From a bacterium (GTDB lineage: Bacteria > Patescibacteriota > Dojkabacteria > SC72): a stretch of 48,654 nt of DNA. The position numbers and the translations under genes are program-made. Of the stretch, positions 1 to 8,574 are shown in pieces; within the stretch, counting starts at the first letter, position 1, and each line of letters opens with the position of its first letter. Where the stretch lies: the NCBI GenBank assembly GCA_021108295.1, contig JAIORF010000102.1, positions 176,027-224,680 of the forward strand. The letters run 5' to 3'. A model generated the notes under the pieces. The model saw nothing but the letters and a program-made list of their open reading frames with translations. It had not been told where the DNA came from and searched no databases.

Positions 1-759
1 TTGGTGGCCGAGAATGTGGAAGCTGCCAAAAAGTATGAGCTTGGGAAGGATTATGTGGTTATTAATAATAAGTTAGCTAATACTTATCAACAGAGTACGT
101 ATGATAAATTCCTTTTGGGTATAGAAGATGGTAATTACCTTATTTCTATGCCTGATAGTGCAGAGTGTCCATTACCACTTGGGCCAGATAATGCTCCTGT
201 GATTGAGATTGTGACTCCTACAACAGGGCAGGAGGCTGCTCAAGGTAGTAATCTCATTATCTCAGGGAGTGTTAGAGTTCTGGATAGTGTTTCAGAGTTT
301 ACAGTGAGTATAGATGGTAATCCTATTGTAGGAGCTTCTATAAATGAGGATGATACATATTCTGTTACTTATGAGATACCATCTGATATGGTGTTGGGTA
401 ATCATACAGTAACTGTATGGGTAAAGGATAATTTAGAGAAGGAGGCTAGTAATCCTGTAGTGTTTAATGTTGTTGCAAGTGCATCCCCTATTACATTAGT
501 ATCACCTGCAGACGGTGTTAATATTGTATTTCCAGTTGCGTTGGAAGCGAGTGTAGTTGGTACTCCTTCTTCTGTTCAGTTCTTTATTAACAAGGTAGGT
601 GGGGGTTACTCTACTACGCTTGGTGCAGTAGAAAGTGGAGGTAGTTGGGTAGCTACGTGGGGAGACAGTGGTGGTGGTAATGGGGATTATACTATTCAAG
701 CAAGGGCTATTATTAGTGGTACTGCTTATGATAGTGCTATTTCTACAGTTACATACTGA
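1..759 (+). CDS. 5'-truncated extracellular protein with two C-terminal Ig-like (Big-type) beta-sandwich domains
   Basis: The ORF is open from the window edge. It has two beta-rich repeats (PVIEIVTPTTG...GNHTVTVWVKD and PITLVSPADG...GDYTIQARA) typical of bacterial Ig-like domains. The stop overlaps the pheT stop by 11 nt. Confidence 0.6.
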   Translation: MVAENVEAAKKYELGKDYVVINNKLANTYQQSTYDKFLLGIEDGNYLISMPDSAECPLPLGPDNAPVIEIVTPTTGQEAAQGSNLIISGSVRVLDSVSEFTVSIDGNPIVGASINEDDTYSVTYEIPSDMVLGNHTVTVWVKDNLEKEASNPVVFNVVASASPITLVSPADGVNIVFPVALEASVVGTPSSVQFFINKVGGGYSTTLGAVESGGSWVATWGDSGGGNGDYTIQARAIISGTAYDSAISTVTY

Positions 760-3238
760 TATCTATCTTTGCTATTTTCTTACTAATTCTTTCCCTTATC
801 TTCTGGTAGTCCTTATCTTTGAGAGTTTTTGTAGTATTGGTAATAGATATTCTAAGTGTGATATTTCTAGTATCATTTCCCTCTTTCATATATATATCGA
901 TACATTCAATATTGCTTTGGATGTTTTCTTTCTCTATTGCCTTCTTTACAGTCAAGAGGAGTTCTGCATATGTTACTTTTGTTGGTGTAACAAAGCAAAT
1001 GTCCTGTGTAATGTAAGGGAACTTAGAACTTTCCACATATTTTTTCGAGTGTGACTTTACTTGTAGTACAGATTCAAGATTGATTTCAAAAGCACAGGAG
1101 TAATCGTTTAGTGAGAGGTTGTGTTTAACTTCGTTATTTATCTCCCCTACTATACCGAGTACTACTTTTGTTTTGCCAACTACAGTTGATACTACTGCAC
1201 TGCTATTGCTCTCAAAGGAGTTTAGTAGTGTTTTAACCCATACTGGAGTTGAGTTGTAGTCAATGTCCGTAGCTAATTCATAGCTAAGATTCTTAATATC
1301 TATTTTGTGTAAAACTTGTTCTAAATATCTTTTTGATTGAAAGAAGGGACTGCCACTTAGTTTGTCGGTGTTGTCTGAGAATATGAAGCTTAGCTTCCAT
1401 TCTTCAAGTGGTAGTTCCTCTTTATCCAGATTGTCTTTTTGATGAGAGAGGCCAAGTTCAAAGATACCGAAGGAATTTATACCTTCTTGGGTATTAAGAA
1501 GTGTTTTCTCAAGTAAGGATATAAGTATGGATGGTCTCATGAGTTCTAGCTCTTTGGAGAGGGGGTTTTTAAGTTTAAGACAGATGTTTGGATCTTGGTT
1601 TGTTTTCTTGAGTAAATCCATACTTACAAAGTTGTAAGTTAGTAGTTCGTTACATCCTGAATTTGAGAGTATGTTTCGGATATTGTTTTTAAGGGTCATC
1701 ATTTTGGGAAGGGATGTTGCTGTTATTGCCTTTTCGGGTAATACAGGGATGATCTTTTCATATCCATATATTCTGGCTACATCTTCATATATATCTTCCT
1801 CTATCTCGATATCTTGTCGGAATACTGGGATTTGAAATGTAATATATTTGTCTTTTGAGTCTGTATTTTTGTATTCAATATTTTCTAGTAGTTTAATTAG
1901 TTCTTCTGAATTAAGATTTAGGCCTAATTTGGTGTTAAGTTTGTCAATATTGATACTTATTTGATCAACTTCTTCCTTTACAGGGTAGGAATCCATTAGG
2001 GTGCTTGAGATTTGACCATTACAGAGCTCTGTTATGAGCTCTACAGCATGTGAGAGTATAGGTAGGCACATTGAGGGGCTTTGTGATTTAGTGTAGCGTG
2101 TAGAGGCTTCTGTGATTATGCCTAATTCCATTGAGGAGTGTCTTAGGTTGTATCTATCAAAGTTTGCAGATTCTAGTATTATGTTTGTAGTATTCTTATC
2201 TATCTGTGTATCTATCCCACCTGTAATACCTGCTATGGCTATTGGGTGTTGGGAGTTGGCTATTACCAAGTTTCTATCGTTAAGTTCATAGATATTGCCG
2301 TCTAGGGCGTGGATTTTCTCTCCTGTTTTGGCTGTTCTTATTACAATATGTCCCATATCGGCCTGTTTGGTATCGTGTTTCATTACTTTGTCGAAATCAA
2401 AGGCGTGTACTGGCTGTCCAGTTAGAATCATGAGGTAGTTAGTAATGTCTACGATATTGTTAATTGGTTTAATATCAGATCTAAGTAATGCTGATTTAAG
2501 CCATGTTGGTGAATCCTCTACTTGGATATTGCTCATCGCAATGGCACAGTATCTTGGGCAGAGAGCTTTGGCTTGGTTATCTATGTCGAAGTTGAGACAT
2601 GTTTCTGAGGGTTGTAGTTCTATTTGTGTTTCTTTGTACCAGTTAGGGCTAGTGAATTGTAAGCCTTGGGAACCAGCGAGTTCTCTTGCAAGTCCAATTA
2701 TTCCAAAAAGGTCTCCCCTGTTTGTAAGGGCTTTGTTCTCTATTTCAACTACAGTATCGTTAAGTTCGTAGTAGTCAGAGAAGTTTTCTCCAATTGGAGC
2801 ATCTTGAGGTAGTTTGAGAACTTTCTCGTGGTTTGGTCCAATGTTTAGTTCTTTTTCAGAACACATCATACCGTTTGATGTGACACCTTTCATTTCGACA
2901 CTGTCGATTGTGAATGGTTTTTCTGTATTGTATGTGCTTGGTACAATTCCTTTTGGTTTAATGTATGCGACCTTGTCTCCTACTTCCAGAGTTTTGTCTC
3001 CTGCTACAACTTGAATGTTTTTATCGTTGTCTACTGAGATTTGGTATATTGCCAGTTTGTCTGCATCTGGGTGGTCGGACTTTTGCTTAATAGTAGCTAT
3101 TACAACATTTTTATATTTTTCTGAAATGTTGGAGTATGATTCTACCTCACCTACTCTACTTGCGAGTATTTCTACGGTTGTTTTTACTTCTTTTGGTAGC
3201 TTTGTGTATTGTTTAGCAATATTTAGTGGTAATTTCAT
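749..3238 (-). CDS. pheT: Phenylalanine--tRNA ligase beta subunit
   Basis: 829 aa with HPDADKL, GMMCSEKEL, NRGDLFGIIGLARE, FRQDIEIEEDIYEDVARIYGY and a C-terminal FDX-ACB domain (SKFPYITQD). Directly downstream of pheS. Confidence 0.97.
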   Translation of the reverse strand: MKLPLNIAKQYTKLPKEVKTTVEILASRVGEVESYSNISEKYKNVVIATIKQKSDHPDADKLAIYQISVDNDKNIQVVAGDKTLEVGDKVAYIKPKGIVPSTYNTEKPFTIDSVEMKGVTSNGMMCSEKELNIGPNHEKVLKLPQDAPIGENFSDYYELNDTVVEIENKALTNRGDLFGIIGLARELAGSQGLQFTSPNWYKETQIELQPSETCLNFDIDNQAKALCPRYCAIAMSNIQVEDSPTWLKSALLRSDIKPINNIVDITNYLMILTGQPVHAFDFDKVMKHDTKQADMGHIVIRTAKTGEKIHALDGNIYELNDRNLVIANSQHPIAIAGITGGIDTQIDKNTTNIILESANFDRYNLRHSSMELGIITEASTRYTKSQSPSMCLPILSHAVELITELCNGQISSTLMDSYPVKEEVDQISINIDKLNTKLGLNLNSEELIKLLENIEYKNTDSKDKYITFQIPVFRQDIEIEEDIYEDVARIYGYEKIIPVLPEKAITATSLPKMMTLKNNIRNILSNSGCNELLTYNFVSMDLLKKTNQDPNICLKLKNPLSKELELMRPSILISLLEKTLLNTQEGINSFGIFELGLSHQKDNLDKEELPLEEWKLSFIFSDNTDKLSGSPFFQSKRYLEQVLHKIDIKNLSYELATDIDYNSTPVWVKTLLNSFESNSSAVVSTVVGKTKVVLGIVGEINNEVKHNLSLNDYSCAFEINLESVLQVKSHSKKYVESSKFPYITQDICFVTPTKVTYAELLLTVKKAIEKENIQSNIECIDIYMKEGNDTRNITLRISITNTTKTLKDKDYQKIRERISKKIAKIDISM

Positions 3239-3239
3239 G

Positions 3240-4259
3240 TTAGTAATCTCTTAAGAATTTAATACTTCCAGCTCTGAGGTGTCTAATTTCTGGAATATTG
3301 TTTTTAATCATTGTAAGTCTATCAACTCCAAATCCCCATGCGAAGCCTGAGTATTTATCAGGGTCTATATTGGCAGATTTCAAGACATTGGGGTGTATCA
3401 TGCCACAGCCCATTAATTCAATCCAACCAGTGTATCCACAGGTTGAACAGCCTTTTTTATTGCAGAAGGGGCAACTAATTGCAAATTCGCAGTCTGGTTC
3501 TGTGAAGGGGAAGTATGCTGGTTGTATTTTAATATCGAATTTACTTTCTAGGTATGCTTCAAGAAATTCTTTGATAGTAGCTATCATATTTGCAACTGAG
3601 ACATTTTTATCGACATAGACACCTTCACATTGATAGAGGGTGTGTTCATGGCCTGCGTCTGTGGCTTCGTTTCTGTATACTCTCCCGGGTATTACTGTGC
3701 GTATTGGTGGGTTTTTACTTTTGAGTATTCTATTTTGCATAGTGGATGTATGTGCTGGTAAGACAAAACCATCTTCTGTCCAGAATGTATCAAACATATC
3801 TCTTGCAGGGTGTCCTTTGGGGAAGTTTAGACTTTCAAACATATGGTAGTCGTCGTCTACCTGTCTACATTCTACAATGTCAAAGCCCATGGATGTAAAA
3901 ATCTCATTAAATCGGTTTACTTCTTGCATTAGTATGTGTGAAGAACCTTGTAGATCAAGTATGTGTGGTCTTTTGTCAGTTTGTGTATTGCAATCAAATG
4001 GTGCTGTTGGATCTATTCTAGAAGATTTCTTTATCTTAGTTTCTGTTTTGGAATTATTTAATTTTTCATCAACTAGAGATTTGAGTTTGTTAATCCTTTT
4101 TCCAAATTTAGATTTCTGATTAGTGGGAACATTTTTAATGTTTGCAAATTCTTTTGTAAGGAGGCCTTCTTTTGAGAGATATCTCTTTTTAAGCTCCTGT
4201 GCATTTAAGGACTTTAAGTCTTTGTGTACCTGTGTTTCTAATTTAGAAAGGTTTGGCAT
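3240..4259 (-). CDS. pheS: Phenylalanine--tRNA ligase alpha subunit
   Basis: HPARDMFDTF, HTSTMQNR, PGRVYRNE, YFPFTEP, CPFC..CSTC Zn motif and GFAWGFGVDRL. Start placed at MPNLSK (4259) rather than the ORF-track 4325. Confidence 0.97.
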   Translation of the reverse strand: MPNLSKLETQVHKDLKSLNAQELKKRYLSKEGLLTKEFANIKNVPTNQKSKFGKRINKLKSLVDEKLNNSKTETKIKKSSRIDPTAPFDCNTQTDKRPHILDLQGSSHILMQEVNRFNEIFTSMGFDIVECRQVDDDYHMFESLNFPKGHPARDMFDTFWTEDGFVLPAHTSTMQNRILKSKNPPIRTVIPGRVYRNEATDAGHEHTLYQCEGVYVDKNVSVANMIATIKEFLEAYLESKFDIKIQPAYFPFTEPDCEFAISCPFCNKKGCSTCGYTGWIELMGCGMIHPNVLKSANIDPDKYSGFAWGFGVDRLTMIKNNIPEIRHLRAGSIKFLRDY

Positions 4260-4342
4260 GTTAATTTCTTTTTGAATTATATATTTATTATAGACAAAAA
4301 AAGACTCCTTGTAGAGTCCTTTCAAAAATCATAGTAGGATCT

Positions 4343-4681
4343 CTACAGACTTTTTACGATAAAGGTGAAGATTTCAGGGTTGTTCATAGCGATATCTGCT
4401 AATACTTTTCGGTTTAATTCTATCTTTTTTAAAGAGAGTTTGTTGATAAAGTGACTGTATTTCATATCATTGTTCTTACAAGCTGCATTGATTTTTGTAA
4501 TCCAAAGCCTTCTCATATCTCCTGCTCTTTTCTTTCTATCGTTGTATGAATATTGACCGGCATGCATGTATGCTTCGTGTGCTACTTTGTATAGCTTACT
4601 TTTGGTCATTCTATATCCTTTGGTAGCCTTTAGGACCTTTTTATGTCTTCTTTTTGTTACTTTTCCTGTTTTTACTCTCAT
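4343..4681 (-). CDS. rplT: 50S ribosomal protein L20
   Basis: MRVKTG..RRHKKVLKATKGY, LWITKINAA, LNRKVLADIA; canonical infC-rpmI-rplT order. Confidence 0.97.
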   Translation of the reverse strand: MRVKTGKVTKRRHKKVLKATKGYRMTKSKLYKVAHEAYMHAGQYSYNDRKKRAGDMRRLWITKINAACKNNDMKYSHFINKLSLKKIELNRKVLADIAMNNPEIFTFIVKSL

Positions 4682-4691
4682 TTTTTTATTT

Positions 4692-4904
4692 TTACAAATT
4701 TACAATTTTTCTATACATGTTCTTTTCGTTTGCACTAGAAACAATACGTTTGTTAGATTGTCTTCTTTTAGCCCTTCGAGATTTCTTGGTTTTTAAGTGG
4801 TTTTGGTGACTTTGTTTATACATAAGCTTACCCTTTTTCTTTCCTTTAGGGTTAGTGAGCTTAAATCTCTTTGCTGCTGTTTTATTTGTTTTTTGTCGTG
4901 CCAT
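4692..4904 (-). CDS. rpmI: 50S ribosomal protein L35
   Basis: From MARQKTNKTAAKRFKLT (start 4904): a 70-aa basic protein between infC and rplT, overlapping the infC end by 23 nt. Confidence 0.9.
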   Translation of the reverse strand: MARQKTNKTAAKRFKLTNPKGKKKGKLMYKQSHQNHLKTKKSRRAKRRQSNKRIVSSANEKNMYRKIVNL

Positions 4905-5433
4905 TCTTTTTATGAAATGTGATAAACATATTGCGTCCTTCTCGTTTAGGATCAGCTTCAATGCTACTATATTCACTAAAATTAGTCAATATTTTTGTGA
5001 AGACTTCTTTGGCTTGTTCACTTGATTGACGCCCTTTTCGAAACATTGTAATACGAACAGGGTGTCCCTTTTCCAAGTAGTCGAGCGCTCGTCTAACTCT
5101 GGTGTTTACATCTCCGACGTCAATTACAGGACTAAATTTGAACTCTTTCATATCTTTTTGTTTACTTCTGTTCTTATTGGACCTCTGTTTTTTCTTCTGT
5201 TGGTAAAGATACTTAGAGTAATCCATTATCTTACATACTGGAGGTTTTGCTTTGGCACCTACCTCTACTAAATCTAATCCTAATTCTTGAGCCTTTAACA
5301 ATGCATCTTTAGTATCCATTTCTCCGAGGTTGTCTCCATCGTCTGTGATTACTTGGACTCTTGGAACTTTGATCCATTCGTTTTTTCTAGGTCCAAAGTC
5401 TTTCTTCTTCGTGTATGTTTTGTAATACGCCAT
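4882..5433 (-). CDS. infC: Translation initiation factor IF-3
   Basis: RKNEWIKVPRVQVI, LDLVEV...PPVCKIMDYSKYLY, KEFKF, MFRKGR. ATG start with an in-frame stop two codons upstream. Confidence 0.95.
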   Translation of the reverse strand: MAYYKTYTKKKDFGPRKNEWIKVPRVQVITDDGDNLGEMDTKDALLKAQELGLDLVEVGAKAKPPVCKIMDYSKYLYQQKKKQRSNKNRSKQKDMKEFKFSPVIDVGDVNTRVRRALDYLEKGHPVRITMFRKGRQSSEQAKEVFTKILTNFSEYSSIEADPKREGRNMFITFHKKNGTTKNK

Positions 5434-5454
5434 TAATTAAAGTATTGTATTAAT

Positions 5455-7215
5455 TTATTTATTACCCTTGTTTCTAATCTCTTCTCTGAGATAGTCTATG
5501 AATTCTTGGTTTTTCATTAGTCCTAACTCCTTGTTTGAACGAGATCTTATTGATACAGTATTGGTTTCTATTTCCTTGTCTCCTACTATTGCGATGTAAG
5601 GTATTTTCATCTTCTCTGCATCTCGAATTCTTGATTGCATACTCTTATTCCTGTCATCAATCTTTACTCGAATATTTGAAGCTTTGAGTAATTCGTATAC
5701 CTCTTGTGCATATTCTGTATGGTTTTGGGAGATAGGGATGATTAGTGTTTGATCTGGTGCAAGCCAGAGAGGGAAGTCTCCACCGTGATGCTCTATTAAG
5801 AATGCAAAGAATCTTTCAAATGATCCAATTAAAGCTCTGTGTATAACGAATGGCTCTTGTTCTTTGCCTTCTTTATCTATGTATGTGATATCAAATTTCT
5901 CAGGGAGATTGAAGTCTAATTGGATTGTAGAGACAGTATCTTCTTTGCCGAAGACGTTTATAGCTTGTATGTCAATCTTTGGGCCGTAGAAGGCGGCGTC
6001 GTTAGGGACTTCTTCAAATTCTTCCTTTCTTTTTACTAGAACATTTCGGAGTGCTTCTTCTGCGATTTTCCATTTCTCGGGACTTCCAGAGTACTTTTTC
6101 GATTTACCTTCTGGGTCAGAGAGAGAGAGTCTGAATTTGTACTTGTCAAAGCCTACATCTTTGTAGAATTGGTCAAGTAGGTTCATGGTTTCGTTTAGAA
6201 CGTCGTCTAATTGTTCTGGAGTACAGAATATGTGGGCATCATTTTGAGTGAATCCTCGTACTCTTTGAAGGCCCTGTAGCTCTCCAGATTTCTCATATCG
6301 GTATACTGTACCTAATTCTCCCATTTTGAGTGGGAGTTCTCTGTAACTTTTTGGTTCGAGTTTGTAGATCATCATGGCTGCAGGGCAATTCATCGGTTTG
6401 AGGTAGAATAGTTCGTCATCAACTTTTATTGGTGGATACATTGAATCTTTGTAGAATTTGAGGTGTCCTGATTTTTCAAAGAGGACTTTTTTATGAATAT
6501 GTGGGGTAAGAACATGGATGTATCCTGCATCTTCTTCAAGTTTTATCATATATTGTTCTAGAATGTTCCTTATCTTGTATCCTCTAGGTAACCATACTGG
6601 TAAGCCTTGTCCAATTTCTGGGATTAGTGCGAAGAGTTTAAGTTGTTTGCCAAGTACTCTATGGTTTCTTTTTTTTGCTTCTTCTAAATTGTGAAGGTGT
6701 TTTGTGAGTTCGTCTTTAGTTTCAAAGGTTGTACCGTATATTCTGGTTAACATCTTATTCTTCTCGTCTCCTCTCCAGTATGCACCTGCGGTTTTAAGTA
6801 ATTTCAGGAATCCTACTCCTTTTGTACTTTCTAAATGTGGGCCTCTACAGAGATCTATGAAGTCTTTGTCTCCAGTTGTGTAGAAACTTAGTTCCTTGTC
6901 ATCAATGTCTTTAAGTAGTTCTAGTTTGTAACTTTGGTCTATTGCTTTAAGGTACTCAGTGGCTTCTTCTCTAGACATGAAGATTTGTTCGAATGGCAAA
7001 TTCCTTTTTCTTATATTTTTCATTTCTTTCTCAATCTTTTTAAGGTCTTCTTCTTCAATTGGTGTACTAAATTCAAAATCATAGTAAAACCCGTCAGCTA
7101 TTGCAGGTCCTATACCTAGTTTGGTGTCTGGGTAAAGGGTCAGTACTGCTTGTGCAAGTACATGGGATGCACTGTGTCTCATTTTTTCTAAATTAGAAAC
7201 TTCATCTTTTTTCAT
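5455..7215 (-). CDS. thrS: Threonine--tRNA ligase (short form lacking the N-terminal TGS domain)
   Basis: RHSASHVLAQAV, DLCRGPH, GAYWRGDE, LKPMNCP, RVRGFTQNDAH, AFYGPKID, IHRALIGSFERF. Confidence 0.98.
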   Translation of the reverse strand: MKKDEVSNLEKMRHSASHVLAQAVLTLYPDTKLGIGPAIADGFYYDFEFSTPIEEEDLKKIEKEMKNIRKRNLPFEQIFMSREEATEYLKAIDQSYKLELLKDIDDKELSFYTTGDKDFIDLCRGPHLESTKGVGFLKLLKTAGAYWRGDEKNKMLTRIYGTTFETKDELTKHLHNLEEAKKRNHRVLGKQLKLFALIPEIGQGLPVWLPRGYKIRNILEQYMIKLEEDAGYIHVLTPHIHKKVLFEKSGHLKFYKDSMYPPIKVDDELFYLKPMNCPAAMMIYKLEPKSYRELPLKMGELGTVYRYEKSGELQGLQRVRGFTQNDAHIFCTPEQLDDVLNETMNLLDQFYKDVGFDKYKFRLSLSDPEGKSKKYSGSPEKWKIAEEALRNVLVKRKEEFEEVPNDAAFYGPKIDIQAINVFGKEDTVSTIQLDFNLPEKFDITYIDKEGKEQEPFVIHRALIGSFERFFAFLIEHHGGDFPLWLAPDQTLIIPISQNHTEYAQEVYELLKASNIRVKIDDRNKSMQSRIRDAEKMKIPYIAIVGDKEIETNTVSIRSRSNKELGLMKNQEFIDYLREEIRNKGNK

Positions 7216-7343
7216 AGCAAAAATATATTAAAACTTATATGGTGAATGGGGAAACGAAAAGTAGCATTATCTGTGTGTTGTAAATACTATTTTAGTGATT
7301 TTCTCTTTTAATATGCCTAATCTTTTATACATTACTTTGTATT

Positions 7344-8078
7344 TTAAACTTTTTTAATTGTTTTTACAATGAATATCGTAATTGAGTTAAGCCCAAGTTC
7401 GTAGGTTTCGAATTTTTCAATGGATTTAAGTTTTAATCTTTCTAAGGGGTATCGTCTAGGATGTTTGATTATTACCACTCCCTTGAAACGTTTGTTTTCA
7501 ACAGGAAGGAGTTGTGAGGCTAGATTAATTGTGTTTTGCATTTTGTAAACACGTTTGGTGTTGAAGAGCTTGTATGGTGGGTCCATGAAGATGATGTCGT
7601 ATTTTTGTCCGGATTTAATTGCTTTGAAAAGGAATTCGTCTGTTTTAGATTTTACAACTTCGGCTTCAGCAAGAAATCCACAGACAGATACGTTGGATTG
7701 TAGAATATGGTAAGCGTTTTTGGCAGCGTCTACTAAGACTGCACTCTTGGCGCCTCTTGAGAGTGCTTCTAATGCAAAAGAGCCTGTTCCGGCGTATAGG
7801 TCAAGGATTGTTTTACCAGCAATGTCTTTATTGAGTATGTCAAAGATTCGTACTTTCATTCTGTCTGTAAGTGGTCTAGTGGTTTTGGGTATTTGAATCA
7901 TGATGTTTTTAGCACTACCACCAGTAATCCTTACTTTCCCTGGGATAGTTGGTTCTTTGCTTTGTAAGCGTTCTTTGAGAAATGTGTCTTCCATTTCTTC
8001 GTACTCTTCCCAGGAGTCCACTCTCCATTTGCTTTTGTTTTTTCTTAATTTTCTAAAGGATGTTTGTTTTAAACTCAT
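7344..8078 (-). CDS. rsmD: 16S rRNA m2G966 methyltransferase RsmD family, with N-terminal extension
   Basis: VRITGG, TRPLTDRMK, LDLYAGTGSFALEALSRGA, DIIFMDPPY. Confidence 0.85.
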   Translation of the reverse strand: MSLKQTSFRKLRKNKSKWRVDSWEEYEEMEDTFLKERLQSKEPTIPGKVRITGGSAKNIMIQIPKTTRPLTDRMKVRIFDILNKDIAGKTILDLYAGTGSFALEALSRGAKSAVLVDAAKNAYHILQSNVSVCGFLAEAEVVKSKTDEFLFKAIKSGQKYDIIFMDPPYKLFNTKRVYKMQNTINLASQLLPVENKRFKGVVIIKHPRRYPLERLKLKSIEKFETYELGLNSITIFIVKTIKKV

Positions 8079-8115
8079 AGGGTAATTATACTAGTTTGTA
8101 GTGGTTTCTTCCAGT

Positions 8116-8574
8116 CTAATCAATATCTCGAGTGGCTTGGTAGAGAATGATGCTGGCCGTGTTAGCAACATTGAGGGATTTCTTCATACCACGCATTGGA
8201 ATGTAGAGGGTGTCGTTACAGTTGTCTAAGATTTCCTTGCTTATTCCACTTTTCTCATGTCCGAAGATAATAGCGAATTTTTCTGGGTACTCAAATTTCT
8301 GAAAGTTCTTTGCGTCTTCTGTTAACTCTATTGCATAAATAGGAATATTTTGGTCTTCAATTTCTTCTATTGCTTCTAAAGTTGTGTCGTAGTGTTGGGA
8401 GTCGATCATCTCGATTGCTCCTAGAGCCGTTTTTTCAAGTTTAGGGTTGTCTGTATCTGTAGTCATTCCACAGAGATATATTTTTTCTACACTTCCAGCA
8501 CCGTCAGAGCTTCTGAATATGCTTCCTACATTAAATGCAGATCTTAGGTTATCTAAAACTACATGGATTTTCAT
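8116..8574 (-). CDS. TrmH/SpoU (SPOUT) family RNA methyltransferase
   Basis: VVLDNLRSAFNVGSIFRS, FGHEKSGIS, IPMRGMKKSLNVA. The start overlaps the recG stop. Confidence 0.85.
   Translation of the reverse strand: MKIHVVLDNLRSAFNVGSIFRSSDGAGSVEKIYLCGMTTDTDNPKLEKTALGAIEMIDSQHYDTTLEAIEEIEDQNIPIYAIELTEDAKNFQKFEYPEKFAIIFGHEKSGISKEILDNCNDTLYIPMRGMKKSLNVANTASIILYQATRDID

Noticed and set aside
7216-7343. T-box or other leader upstream of thrS
   Set aside because: Only 128 nt, with no AAAAGGGTGGAACC-like T-box, no stem I and no terminator visible.
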